Of a stretch of DNA of 64,000 bases, positions 36,584 to 47,890 are shown one piece after another. A model generated the notes under the pieces. The model was not told where the DNA came from. It saw only the letters and a list, made by a program, of their open reading frames with translations, and ran no database searches. How positions within the stretch are numbered: position 1 is the first letter of the stretch; every line of letters begins with the position of its first letter. Source of the stretch: Tubiluchus corallicola (taxonomy: Eukaryota; Animalia; Priapulida). The DNA is taken from NCBI GenBank assembly GCA_030141605.1, contig JAQGDQ010000029.1, forward strand, positions 558,001 to 622,000, given 5' to 3'. The position numbers and the translations under genes were made by a program.

Positions 36584-39037
36584 ATGTCTGCTGGAGGTTC
36601 AGATATAACAGTTTATTCTCGGTGTGATAGAGAAAGCTGCGTCATAAAAACGTGCACAACTTGCTGCGTGCAAAGGTATGTGGCAGAGCTCCAGGAACTG
36701 CTCGGAGACAAAAAGGCACAATTTACCCACATGTGCAGAAAGTTCCTGCAATTTCAAAAGGTAGCCGAGGAGACAGAAGACCGACACCTAATCGTGGAAG
36801 GCATAGGCGGTGTGGTGAGCGGAGAAGAAGATTTCTGCAGCTCTGTTCTTTTGATGGTTCTGAAACTTGTTGCAAGGTTAGAAAGAGAATGTGATTATCT
36901 TGCCTCAGAGCTAAAACTGTTGTCATTTCAAAGAGAAAAGTTCGAGGATCAGATAAATGAGTATCACAACAAAAGATTAGATACATTTCCCATTCTTGTG
37001 CAAGAGATATATGATACGAGATCGTCGCGTGATGAGCTTGAACTCAAAAAAGCTGTTCCCAAGAAAAAGAAGGTCGTGGAAGAGCGAGAACAGCAAATCA
37101 GGTTGGCGAGGACGATGAATCGTCGCTTGTCGGAGGAAGACCTGGTATTAAATCGTCAATGTATGCTAGCATCTCGCAAACTAGCCACGAAGAAAGAGGA
37201 CATGGAAACGTTAGACAACATAACACATTCATGTGAGGCAAAACTGAATGCAGTCACAGCAAAACTTCATGCCTCACAGCTCAAATCTGCAACCGAGGTT
37301 GCTGAAGCAAATGTAATAAAGCGGCGTCTCCAACAAAAAATCACAAAAGCACAAGAAGAAGTGATAAGTACAAAACAAGAAAAAGAACAACAGGAGAAGA
37401 CTTACGAAGATTACGTTGAGGACGTTGCAACATTAAAAGATGCAGTAGAGATGGCTATTCAAAAAGAAATTGAACAGCGTCCAGTTTTAGAACAAATAGT
37501 AGAAGTAGACGATCAGGAGAATGAAGAACTCGTGGAACTGGAGAAAGTTGAGGCAGGACAACAGCAAGTATTGCAGAAGAATGAAGAAGCGTTTCAAGAA
37601 CTAGAACAGCAAAAGCAAAACGTGTGCTGCATGGGAGAAGCAGCAGTTGAGGAAATGCAGATATGTTTTGACCATGCAAAAGCAACCATAACGAGAATTA
37701 AATCCACTAATCGTACACTGGAAATATCAATCACATATTTGAGAAATAAAACACAGTATAATTACAAACAACGCCCAGTTCATGCAGACAGAATAAAAGC
37801 GCTGAAATCCTGTACGAACGCACTGGGAGACGATCTGGGAAGCCTTTTGGAGGAGAGGAATACATTAAGGGACACTTTGTCATCTGTAAAAGAAGAAACT
37901 CGGCGTAGACTATCCGCAGCAGCCAAAGTAGAGGAAATGAACACAGCTACTCTGGAACTAACAGAAGCGCAGCTGCAAGACGAGTTACAAACTTGCACAA
38001 TTTTAGATTCTCAAATTAGCGACCTTGAAGTGCAATTTCAGCAAAACTGTGAGGATGCACTAAATAAAAAATTTGAAGCTTCACAATTAGTTGAATCAGT
38101 GGAGGAAGCAAATCAAAATATGCTAAACATCTTACTGACCTTAACTCGAAAATTTGCTTACCAAGAAGACCAAATAGTTGATTTGCACGAAACGCGTGAA
38201 CACGTTCAGAGCGAGGCTGTTGTAGTGCAGAAAACAGCCACTGAAAGTAAAGTTTCAATGAAGCCTATTTTAGAACAATTAAAAAATGAAGAGCAGGAGA
38301 TCAAAGAACAGCGAATGATATTGGGAGAAAAGATAGTAGCCGCCAAACGGAGCATTGAAAAAATGAAAGGGCCCGTAGATGAACTGGAAGCACAATTCGC
38401 AGAGGTTAGCAGAAGCACTCTGTTCTTGGCTAAAGTTAGAGAAAATTGTGCTGAGGATGTTGCCAAAGAAATTGCTTTCGCTGATAAACTGGAGGAAACT
38501 CTTGCGGAAAATGTAGATAGAAAGGATAAAGTTAAAAAGAACCATGAGGCCTATTTGCGGAATAGGATAGCTGTGCTTCAGCGTCAGCAATCTGAGGCAG
38601 AACAAGCCATCCGGTATAATTCTATCCTGGCAAGTTTATACAGAACGTTACAGCTGTTGAAGCTGCGCCTAAAGGGCGGCTACAACGCCGTTCTTGAAGA
38701 AAGCGTCTTGCTAGAGCAGTTTAAGATTGATGTGAAAAATCTAATCGAAATGCAGAAAAAAGTTTACAGCGCCGGTGAGAACTTTCTCATTCTACGACAA
38801 GCACTCCATCTATCCGACTTGCTGAAATGCCAGTTGTCGTCTGACCTCAACAGCCATTGTTGTCATCGCCTGAAAAATGAATTAAATGTGAGAACGGATG
38901 ACGCTTGTAAGTTGACATCTAGACTCATGTTTGATCATGAGATGAAATATCGCGCACAGGCGAAACCAAATTCTCCGCGACTTGCACCCCTACAGAGTGC
39001 ACGTCGTCTAAACTCTGCTGCTGACAACAGGAGTTGA
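36584..39037 (+). CDS. CCDC178: Long coiled-coil protein, CCDC178-like (817 aa, single exon)
   Basis: E/K/Q-rich heptads. N-terminal RESCVIKTCTTCCVQRYVAELQELL and LVARLERE...RLDTFPILVQE resemble CCDC178 motifs as recalled; length similar. The CDS is secure; orthology is tentative. Confidence 0.6.
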   Translation: MSAGGSDITVYSRCDRESCVIKTCTTCCVQRYVAELQELLGDKKAQFTHMCRKFLQFQKVAEETEDRHLIVEGIGGVVSGEEDFCSSVLLMVLKLVARLERECDYLASELKLLSFQREKFEDQINEYHNKRLDTFPILVQEIYDTRSSRDELELKKAVPKKKKVVEEREQQIRLARTMNRRLSEEDLVLNRQCMLASRKLATKKEDMETLDNITHSCEAKLNAVTAKLHASQLKSATEVAEANVIKRRLQQKITKAQEEVISTKQEKEQQEKTYEDYVEDVATLKDAVEMAIQKEIEQRPVLEQIVEVDDQENEELVELEKVEAGQQQVLQKNEEAFQELEQQKQNVCCMGEAAVEEMQICFDHAKATITRIKSTNRTLEISITYLRNKTQYNYKQRPVHADRIKALKSCTNALGDDLGSLLEERNTLRDTLSSVKEETRRRLSAAAKVEEMNTATLELTEAQLQDELQTCTILDSQISDLEVQFQQNCEDALNKKFEASQLVESVEEANQNMLNILLTLTRKFAYQEDQIVDLHETREHVQSEAVVVQKTATESKVSMKPILEQLKNEEQEIKEQRMILGEKIVAAKRSIEKMKGPVDELEAQFAEVSRSTLFLAKVRENCAEDVAKEIAFADKLEETLAENVDRKDKVKKNHEAYLRNRIAVLQRQQSEAEQAIRYNSILASLYRTLQLLKLRLKGGYNAVLEESVLLEQFKIDVKNLIEMQKKVYSAGENFLILRQALHLSDLLKCQLSSDLNSHCCHRLKNELNVRTDDACKLTSRLMFDHEMKYRAQAKPNSPRLAPLQSARRLNSAADNRS

Positions 39038-40212
39038 AGGAGTTCCTCCTGATTTATTACAAATTTATTGCAACATAAGTAATAATTACGTGTCGCAAGG
39101 GTTGCTGCCTGTCAAAATAATTTATATTGATGCAAGTTCAATTTTCGGATATTTAGTTTTTTCTAGGCTGGTATAATCATCAGACTTTATTTGTTCAATT
39201 AAAAAAATTAGTAAGTAAATAATTCATTTACGTCTAGGTCAGGTAGATGGCGACACAAGTGCTCATCTCATAATCATCAAACACATGTTACCGTACTCCT
39301 ATAGCAGAATTCTAAATGAAAAGAAATTTGCCCTCAAAACAGGTAAATACGAGAGTTGCTATAGCGAAAACTAGGCACTGATAGGCCATGGGCTTGTCAG
39401 CAGCACTTCCGAGAAAAATGCTATAAACATTGTTATACGACGTACTATGCAATACAGATAGCACTGTTCTTTAAAAAAAATAATAAACTATAATTTCAAA
39501 AAGAAGCTAGGCTACAAAATCAAAAAATAATTTTAAATAATAACAACAACAGCAATGATAATAATAATAATACAGAATTTGGTTTTGAAAGTTAATAAGC
39601 TAAAATTCATATAATTAAGTGCTCCTTAGCATAAATTATATTGCTGTAATGATTTAAAAGTCTGAAAAAGAAGAGAAGAATTTAGCTGTAGTGATGTCAC
39701 TATGATAGTGTGATTATATACCTATAGGCAACTTTAGTATATAAAAATAATTAACAAGAATTCAACAATAAAAAAAAGATACTTTCGCAGACAGCACAAT
39801 GAGTAAGAGAAAGTAAAAAACAGCATTTAAAAATAATCTTTAAAAATAATTAAGTTTGCCACTAAAGCTCCTGTTTGCGCCAGGAAACCAGAAATTGCTA
39901 ATTTATTAATGAAAGTGCTTTATGAACACTTACGAACAAATTTGGCATTGTCACTGGGATTATAGGTCTTCCAGTTGTCTTTGTCGCCGTCGTTCCTGTT
40001 GCTGTTGTTGAGTGATACTGATTTTACCAACTGCGGCTTCACTCAAGACATTGTCACTTGCTTTCGACATCAATAGGTGGCGGTGCAGTGCAAATCTGCT
40101 CTAGTCTGCTAAGTAGCACAGCATAGCTCCGTTAGGCATACTTGTGTTGGCTGCGCTGAGTGTAGCCTTACTGTTGTCTATTTCTAGCGTTTCAGTTAAA
40201 CAGTGGGTTAGG

Positions 40213-42315
40213 ATGGCGGAGGGTCGTGCAAGTATGTGTTATGAGAGAAAATATGTCTATAGCATACAACTGAGTATAGTTTTATGTTTGATGACTACTT
40301 GGCATGTGTACTGTACTCCAGAAAACCCCGATGTCACGTACGGGATGCTGTACAAAGAGGCCAAGGACGCTTATCTTGAAGAACGGTATGATGCTTGTTA
40401 CGGTTTAATGAAAAAGGCGGTAGAAGACTGGAATTATTACCACGAAATCCTAGTGTACTGTAGAAAAACATGCCGAGATCGTGCTCAAAGTGAAACAATG
40501 CCACCCAGTGTGGAGGATTTAAATTTCTATGATAAAACGTTACGGCAAAGTCTGTGTCTGATAGACTGCAAGCGACGGAAACTTGCCGGTCGACCGGAAG
40601 ACGTAGACCAGGTGATGGACGAAAATTTCGCGACCAGGAAGCCCTACGATTACCTACAAATTTGTTACTTTAAAGCAGATAAAGTGAAGGAAGCTATAGC
40701 GCACGCCTACACTTACCTAATGGGAAACCCGGGTCATGAAGTAATGACTAACAACTTAAAATACTACCGCTTGCTACCTGGTGTTACAGACGACATGTTC
40801 AAAGATCTTGAAATGATGGAACATCAGAAAGATTTCATTCTTGGTGTACAGCAGTATGAAAGTAAGAATTACGATGCCATGAGACATTCCTTTGAATCGG
40901 CATTGGAAAGCTACTTGGAAAAACTCGACGAATGCAGGCTTCTCTGCGAAGGCCCTTTCGAGCAGGGCTTCCCCAATGACTTTCCAATAGCCCTGTCCAA
41001 TCATTATGCGTCTGTGCTGCGTTGTCAGGTGGGTTGTGAGGAGAGACTGGGACGTATCTACGATATTCTGCACCCAGATTTACTAGCTAGCATGTATCAC
41101 TACCTGCAGTATGCATACTTTCAGATCGGTGACTGGGATAACGCTGCCAAAGCGGTGGCTTCTTTCCTGGTTCTGCAGCCTGAAGACGAGGACATGCTGT
41201 ACAACAAGGAATTCTACATAAAAGAAGGTATGCGAGAGGAATTGTTCCACCCTAGTGAGACAGCTCTTTACATAATGCATCGAAGAGACTACGAGAACGA
41301 CCTACTGAATTTCATTGATGTGGAATTTCCGAAGATCTATGACATTCCATTGATGACCAAAGAAGGAAAGGATCGTGTGGAATACACCGATGACATTTTC
41401 TGGGACCGACCGCCGTTTCCACCAGAAGCTGGTGCTGGTGACTCTTCCTCAGACAAAGACGAGGTAGAAACCGAAGAAGACAGGCAGAGGCATGTACGTC
41501 AGGCACAAGCAGTGAAGCAGTACGAACAGGCAGGCGTACACATATCTTTGACTGAGCGCGGACTCAACGGGTCATCAAGGTTTGTAGCTGATGGACTGTT
41601 GTCAGAAGAAGAATGTAAGACGTTAATCAAGATGGCTGATGATGGTGTTCAGGTTGGCGATGGCTACACGGTGGGAAATCCGTTTATTCATACCAAAAGT
41701 GAAAAGTTTGCCGGGATGACCATCGACCGAGGGTTAGATCTCGCACGCGAAGGTAAACTCGACCCCAAATCCCTGAACCTCTTCGTGAACTTGAGCGAAA
41801 AGGCTCGAGATTTTATCGAAAATTATTTCGGTCTGAAATCTCATTTATACTTCGCCTTTACTCATCTAGTGTGTCGGACTGCAGTAGAGGGAAAAAAGAG
41901 GGACGAACGTGACTGGTTAAGTCACCCCATTCATGGTGATAACTGCATCCTTCACGCCGACGGCGATTGTGTCAAAGAACGACCTGCATTTACGTGGCGC
42001 GATTACAGCGGACTTTTGTATTTGAGTGGTGATTTTGAGGGAGGAGAGTTCATTTTCGCCAACAAAAAGCAACAAGTTTTGGCGCAGGTGAAGCCAAAGT
42101 GTGGTCGGTTAGTGAGCTTCTCTTCTGGAGGAGAGAACTTACATGGAGTCCGTGCGGTGACCAAGGGACGACGGTGCGCTCTAGGAATGTGGTTTACTCT
42201 AGACCCTGACCATAGGGAAGCAAATCGAGAAGATATTATAGATGATTTAAGAACTCTCCTTGGCGCAGATGAATTCGCCAAAGTGTCCTTACCAAATGCA
42301 CGCATGGAGTTGTAA
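40213..42315 (+). CDS. P3H1: Prolyl 3-hydroxylase (leprecan family, P3H1/2/3-like), about 700 aa, single exon
   Basis: Signal peptide; four CxxxC motifs (CRKTC, CLIDC, CRLLC, CQVGC); TPR-like region; 2OG-Fe(II) domain with THLVCRTA, SHPIHGDNC, RDYSGLLYL, ENLHGVRAVTKGRRCA; C-terminal RMEL. First in-frame ATG is 40213. Confidence 0.95.
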   Translation: MAEGRASMCYERKYVYSIQLSIVLCLMTTWHVYCTPENPDVTYGMLYKEAKDAYLEERYDACYGLMKKAVEDWNYYHEILVYCRKTCRDRAQSETMPPSVEDLNFYDKTLRQSLCLIDCKRRKLAGRPEDVDQVMDENFATRKPYDYLQICYFKADKVKEAIAHAYTYLMGNPGHEVMTNNLKYYRLLPGVTDDMFKDLEMMEHQKDFILGVQQYESKNYDAMRHSFESALESYLEKLDECRLLCEGPFEQGFPNDFPIALSNHYASVLRCQVGCEERLGRIYDILHPDLLASMYHYLQYAYFQIGDWDNAAKAVASFLVLQPEDEDMLYNKEFYIKEGMREELFHPSETALYIMHRRDYENDLLNFIDVEFPKIYDIPLMTKEGKDRVEYTDDIFWDRPPFPPEAGAGDSSSDKDEVETEEDRQRHVRQAQAVKQYEQAGVHISLTERGLNGSSRFVADGLLSEEECKTLIKMADDGVQVGDGYTVGNPFIHTKSEKFAGMTIDRGLDLAREGKLDPKSLNLFVNLSEKARDFIENYFGLKSHLYFAFTHLVCRTAVEGKKRDERDWLSHPIHGDNCILHADGDCVKERPAFTWRDYSGLLYLSGDFEGGEFIFANKKQQVLAQVKPKCGRLVSFSSGGENLHGVRAVTKGRRCALGMWFTLDPDHREANREDIIDDLRTLLGADEFAKVSLPNARMEL

Positions 42316-43707
42316 ACTATAGGAACGCTACACGCATTACTACTGCCATTATTGTCCTCACATAAATTTACTTCATACGGGAACAGTTTCAGACTTCTAG
42401 CGCAGAAACAGCAGTTGACGCTCCCTAGCTAGGTTGTCATTTCATTGATTTTTAGATAGGCTTTATTCAGACAGCTGTTATTTGAACATGACCATTCTAT
42501 GCTCAAAAACAAACATTTCCAAAATTGTCATTATAATTCGCAGTCGACACCACAGTGACTATTCTTACCTATTGATAATGAAAATTCGGTCTATATTTTA
42601 TCATGTAGCGCCTTGGCTACTGCCTGCAGGGGTTTACTTTTAGTAAGCATGTTGCATAATGTGAGTCAGTGACATTTGGCAGTAGTATTGGTGTCATTTA
42701 CATTTTTATACTATCTTTCATCTACCTACTATGGGCTTTCGGTGTGAAAAGGATACTCGTACTTTTGGACAATTGCAGCGTATAGATTAGTTAGGTATGG
42801 TATTAAATGGTTCTGCTAATGATTTCACATAAAAGTATTAATGGGGCGAAGGTTTTTTTATTTTCATTTTATATCTTATATTTCACAGGTTATCGTGGAA
42901 CTAAAGATCAGTAAATAGCCGTATGCTGGAAAAATTATTCTGTTAGGGTTTCCCAACCCTGTGTGAACCTTTTTAACTTGCGCAAATCAAAACGTAAAGA
43001 ATATGGACTCGATCCATTCATAATTAAATGCTAGTCATTTTGTTCATGCTATTAGGTACTCTCTGCGCGTGGTTACCGCAGTAACTTAGCCTTGTCAACT
43101 GCACATTAAAATCTGTATAGTTTATGTAATATTAAAATCGAGGCCAATATTAAAATTTGCCATCAATAGAACTTGGTTAGGTCAAAACGTGCATACATGC
43201 GGAAGGAGCTGATGCCAATAAATTAAAAAGTGGTTTTGGAATGAGACTGTTGCAGTTTTATTGCGACAAGTTCTACATTGACTTCTAATTGCCTTATGTC
43301 CGTCAGCTAAAAAGCTTTATTTTTGATTTTTTTGTAATGCAGTAAATACCGTCTACAATCTCTGCTTGTTTTGTACTTTTGCTTCCCACCGAATTTATGC
43401 AAATTTCAGAACTTCATAGAATTTCCTACAATTAATTACTTCTGCGTTTATGCATGTAAGTCTATGGTTCTTATTTAATTTATTTTGATTTTGTACTTAT
43501 TTACGTTTATGGTAATTATGACTAATAATGATCCAGTGATACGTATTGCATTATTGGTCTAATATCACAATACCAAGTGGTCTAAACTACTTATAGTTAA
43601 TGAAGTTTTTTATTAATTAATAAAGTGGTGTAAATACTGGAAAATATTTTAATTTATGTTGGTGCTATTAGCTATAAATTTGTATAGATTTATAATTATT
43701 TAGCTCA

Positions 43708-43826
43708 TGTTAATGACGTGCAACATTTTGCGATAAAATAAAAGAGCCTACATTGTACAGTATTTCGATTAAAATAAATAAAAAACATTGTTGTTGAAAG
43801 TATTTTTTGAAAAATTTGTTTCATAT
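43708..43826 (+). repeat. Dispersed repeat fragment, direct copy of about 45491-45606
   Basis: TGTTAATGACGTGCAAC...AAATAAAAGAGCCT...GTTGAAAGTATTTTT at both sites. Confidence 0.8.
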
Positions 43827-44329
43827 TCAAATGTAGAACGAATGTTAAAAGATGCGTATTATCAACTTTTCACTTGTCAAAATAATTTATTACCTGCGGA
43901 ATAAAAATTATTTTATAATAATCGATTGAACTAACCTAACTGTCCTATAGCTTTAAGGCTATCTGTTTTCTTATTAGTTACACGCGATGAAGTAGTACTA
44001 TATAACGTGCAATGTTTAAAATTCCGTTTTAGCGCACAAGTTTGAAGAAACTTAAGAAGAGTTCAAACCGCGCGCAACAAGGTCAATGCCATACATTCTG
44101 CACTTGTCGCACAAGCCTGAATGTCAATGACTGCTAACTAAAAATAATTTGCTAGAAAAGTTCGTATTTTTACATGTCGTGTTTAGCATTCACTCGTCAT
44201 TTATAGAGAACTTCAACGCCGCAGAGAATTCCAACGTGTATCCAATTTAGATTCGGTAACACAAAATTCACATAAAAAAATTAAAATTTAACAATATGTT
44301 TGTCATGTCCGGGAGAATAAGCAGAGAAT

Positions 44330-44525
44330 ATGTGCACAAGCAGAAAGTCTAGGGTTCGAATTCCAGTGGAGTGAAAAATTGTTTAGGTTTTCTAATTTAC
44401 AGTATTGCACAGTGCATCCCTGTCGACCAATGTCTCAGCCTGTCAAGTTTATCCTTGATTTGTGACAAATGCGTTCCACTCCAACAATCTATACTGAATA
44501 GGCCCTATCGCTGAGTGCTGAATCT
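44330..44525 (+). mobile_element. tRNA-derived SINE remnant
   Basis: B-box GGTTCGAATTCC at about 44353; no cloverleaf. Confidence 0.4.
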
Positions 44526-44554
44526 CAGCTTACACAATGCGAAACGGTTTTAAA

Positions 44555-46068
44555 ACGAACTTTCTGAGAGGCGCAACCTCGTATTGTTATCTGCAAAATA
44601 AATTGTTCCGTATATGTAAGTTTCCTCTGTAAGTTTAATACTGTTAAACATTTATTAACGCAGTTAAACAACAGTCGAGGCAGAAATGAGCTACATAAGT
44701 TACATATAAGATGCGAATCGTTATCAATATTATCATTACGACATGTCGACTCGTTGACCATAATTAGATGTTGCTCTTAGAAAAACGCAAACTCAAATGA
44801 AGGTTGTTTATTACTTGTAAAAACATTATTATTTGGAGATAAAAATTTATTATTGGTTTAAAATCTTTTAAAACCCCGTCTGCATTTATCAAGAGTTGTA
44901 AAAAAAACAAAAAAAACAATTAGACATTTTATTTACAAAAATCTCCATTTATGGAATTGTGTTTACAATAGTTTGTGTTAAGGACATCTGCATAATGGTA
45001 CAAACAATTTTCTCACCCACCTTTCTTGTCCAGTGTAACTACAGCAGAGAATACGGCCGCGAAGAATCCGGAAAAAGTAGAGCTTGAACAATGACAATTC
45101 CGAATGGCACGCTGCATCGATTTTTGTAAGTAAATAGCAGACGATATTACTAGGTAAATACCATCTTGTCAACGCGAAGCCTAAAGTAATATATATCTAT
45201 ATATTGGTCTCCATGCTCGTGTAATTTAAGACTCAGATTTGCGAAGCAATTACGTTCGCTTATTAAAGGCTTACTGCGCATGCTCTGCTAATAAATTTCT
45301 TTTTAGTTTTTTGCATTCTGCGTTTTTAATGTTCTCATAGGTTGGTCCTTCTGGCTGCTTGTTAACATTTATTTGTTCTTGTACTTGCTTTTTTGCCAAG
45401 TGTTTGAAGACAGAATTTAGCTACATAAGTTGCAAATGAATATTATTTGCTATGAATGTGAGTATTGCTATTATATAATTATTTAACTCTTGTTAATGAC
45501 GTGCAACTGTTTGCGATGAAATAAAAGAGCCTGCTTTGTTCAGTATTTCAAATAAAATAAATAAAAAATATTGCTGTTGAAAGTATTTTTGGTAAAACTT
45601 GTCATACTTTTCATAAAACGAGATTTTTTGCAAAAAAATGTTTAATTGTTTTTTTATTATTATTTTATAATTTCGTTTTTGCTCACAGAGGCCAGTTTTA
45701 CAAGCGATAAAATTCAGATAGATTTCCAAAAGACTTTTCTCTGTTTCTAAAAGACCCAAAAATATTTTACCTACAATAAATTATACGTAGAATAATTAAT
45801 GTTTTTTTACCAGCACTCAACAACATTCATTTGAGTATGGGTTGTCCAAAGAGCAATATCTAATTGTGGTCAACGAGGCAACGTCACAACGACAACAACG
45901 ATGATGATTTGCATCTTATGCAAATTGTGTAGATAACTTCTGTCTCAGCTGTTTTTAACTGTGTTAAAAATACTTAATAGTGTTAAACTTACAGAAGGAA
46001 AAATCATATAAGGAACAATTTATTTTGTAGATAATGATACGGAGGGTTGCCTTTCAAAAAGTTCGCTC
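44555..46068. repeat. Long imperfect inverted repeat (arms about 44555-44960 and 45605-46068)
   Basis: For example CTCGTTGACCATAATTAGATGTTGCTCTT pairs with AAGAGCAATATCTAATTGTGGTCAACGAG, and AAAATAAATTGTTCC pairs with GGAACAATTTATTTT. Confidence 0.85.
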
Positions 46069-47149
46069 GTAGTATATAGTGCGTGACAAGGTTGCAAAGT
46101 AATACATGTCGAAGTTTAGCAGTGACCACCACGACAATGTAACGTGGCATTTGTCACGTTATTCAGAACAATTACATTTCGCTCCACATAATGTGACATT
46201 TGTAAGATTTATTAGTTAAAAAGGCAGTAGAAATCGGAATAAATTCGGTTGTTTTATATACTTGCAAAGAAAACGAAATTAATTACTGCCTTTGTTATTG
46301 TTGTTGAACTGCAGTCAATGTTATTGCTGCCGCTGCCTCTGCAGCTACTACCATTTCATAATTATGTAACTACTGTTTAATTTTATTATTGAAAATTTGT
46401 GTCAATCAGTGTCATATAATACAGTCTAGCTATTCGTTGCTTATGTTTAACTCAGCTGTTAGTGATGAAAGACATGTCAGGGAATTTGTTCAACATCTGC
46501 TTAACTTTCAGATATAGTTGAAAACTCTTCCAGTCTTGGAATTAACCTTCATAGTTCGGCTTCTGCGTCTTTCAACATTCATCCTTCACTTAAGCATAGC
46601 GATGTTTAGTTAGCGAGAATACATGTCAGTTGGTGGCTCCATGTTCTACATTTAGTTCAAAGATCTCAGACCGCTCAGAACACTTTATTTCTCCTAATGT
46701 AATCTGTCTAAAGCCGGCCTATTAGAAAATTCATACTTTTATGCGAGTCTGTCAAATCATGTTACAGTCAGTAGTAGCCCACGCAAAAATTTCTGTCCCT
46801 TAATTGTTGTCGTTTTGCATTCTTTTCTTTCTTTGCGACTTCCTGCCAATACACAAATCGTTGCCCTGGGCAATAATTTGCGTAAAATCTGTTCAGGCGT
46901 TGAAAAGCAAAATAAGCCATTTTGGAGCACTTTTCGTCTAAATAAGTTATAGAGTAAATTTTGTTGCTAGAAACACAAGTTGCAGTCAGACTCTAATCGC
47001 ACTTTCTTTATGTTTTTAAGTCAGATGTTAGTGTAATCTTCTAGCACTTTGTTATTATTTTATACGTTATTAATACGTAATCTTTATTAAAATATTATTA
47101 ATATTTACAAGAAAGTATAAAATATGGAGGCAGGATAAAATGTATATCC

Positions 47150-47560
47150 AGTACAGAATAAAATTTTACAGATTAAAAGGGCTAGTTAAAAGATTATGGG
47201 GAAAAGCACAAAGAGCCAGGGTACTTGCAGTTGCCTATTAAAAGATAAATGATTATTAAGATTTACATCTTTTAAATGTTTTTTTTAAAAAAATTGCTTC
47301 TCTGAGTACAGACCATGTGACCACAGTCGACAGATTTTAAATTTTAGATATTTTGTTTGTAAAGTTTTTAAAACAAACTGTAAGTGAGATGATTATTTTA
47401 GATGAAGGTGGTTTTTCTAAAAATAGTATATAGCACCACTTCCATGTAATATAGGATATCACATTATCAGATCACAGTATGTTTGCATGTAATATAAGAC
47501 TATCACGTTGTCAGATCACAACATATTCGACTAAGTTCAACAATCGGCAATACTAAAGAA
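47150..47560 (-). mobile_element. Decayed L2/Crack-type LINE fragment
   Basis: Weak ORF2-like remnants and a 3' UTR-like segment; internal duplication of about 33 bp at 47443 and 47488. Confidence 0.35.
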
Positions 47561-47724
47561 CGACGGCAAGTTTTGTGGATAATTAATATCTGGTACAGCA
47601 AATCGTTAAACAGCATGTTGTTAACATGATTAGTTGTTTTATATGCGCTAAAACAGTGTGTAGAAAATTTTAGAGGTCTTTACGTCTTTACCAATTGTCA
47701 CACCAAAGTCTTTTACTGATTTGC

Positions 47725-47890
47725 AAGAAGAAGAATAATCATTTAGGTCCATAAGTATGAATGTCAATGGAAATGTTTTTAATGCATTGTTTCAGTTACA
47801 GTGCGGCGACCCGCAAGAGTTCGCTAACTTACTCAGAATGCCCCAGGAAGAACTAATTTTTCTTTTCTTGACATGTTATTGAAATCTGCT
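47725..47890 (+). mobile_element. Harbinger-like transposase N-terminal remnant
   Basis: GNVFNALFQLQCGDPQEFANLLRMPQEELIFL resembles the Harbinger L...DP..F.N.LRM motif. Confidence 0.45.

Noticed and set aside
40144-40212. N-terminal extension of P3H from the ORF track
   Set aside because: Starts at GTG; the ATG at 40213 (or 40234) precedes a suitable signal peptide.
36599-42305. Small antisense and overlapping ORFs within the long CDSs
   Set aside because: Shadow ORFs expected opposite real coding sequence; no independent motifs.
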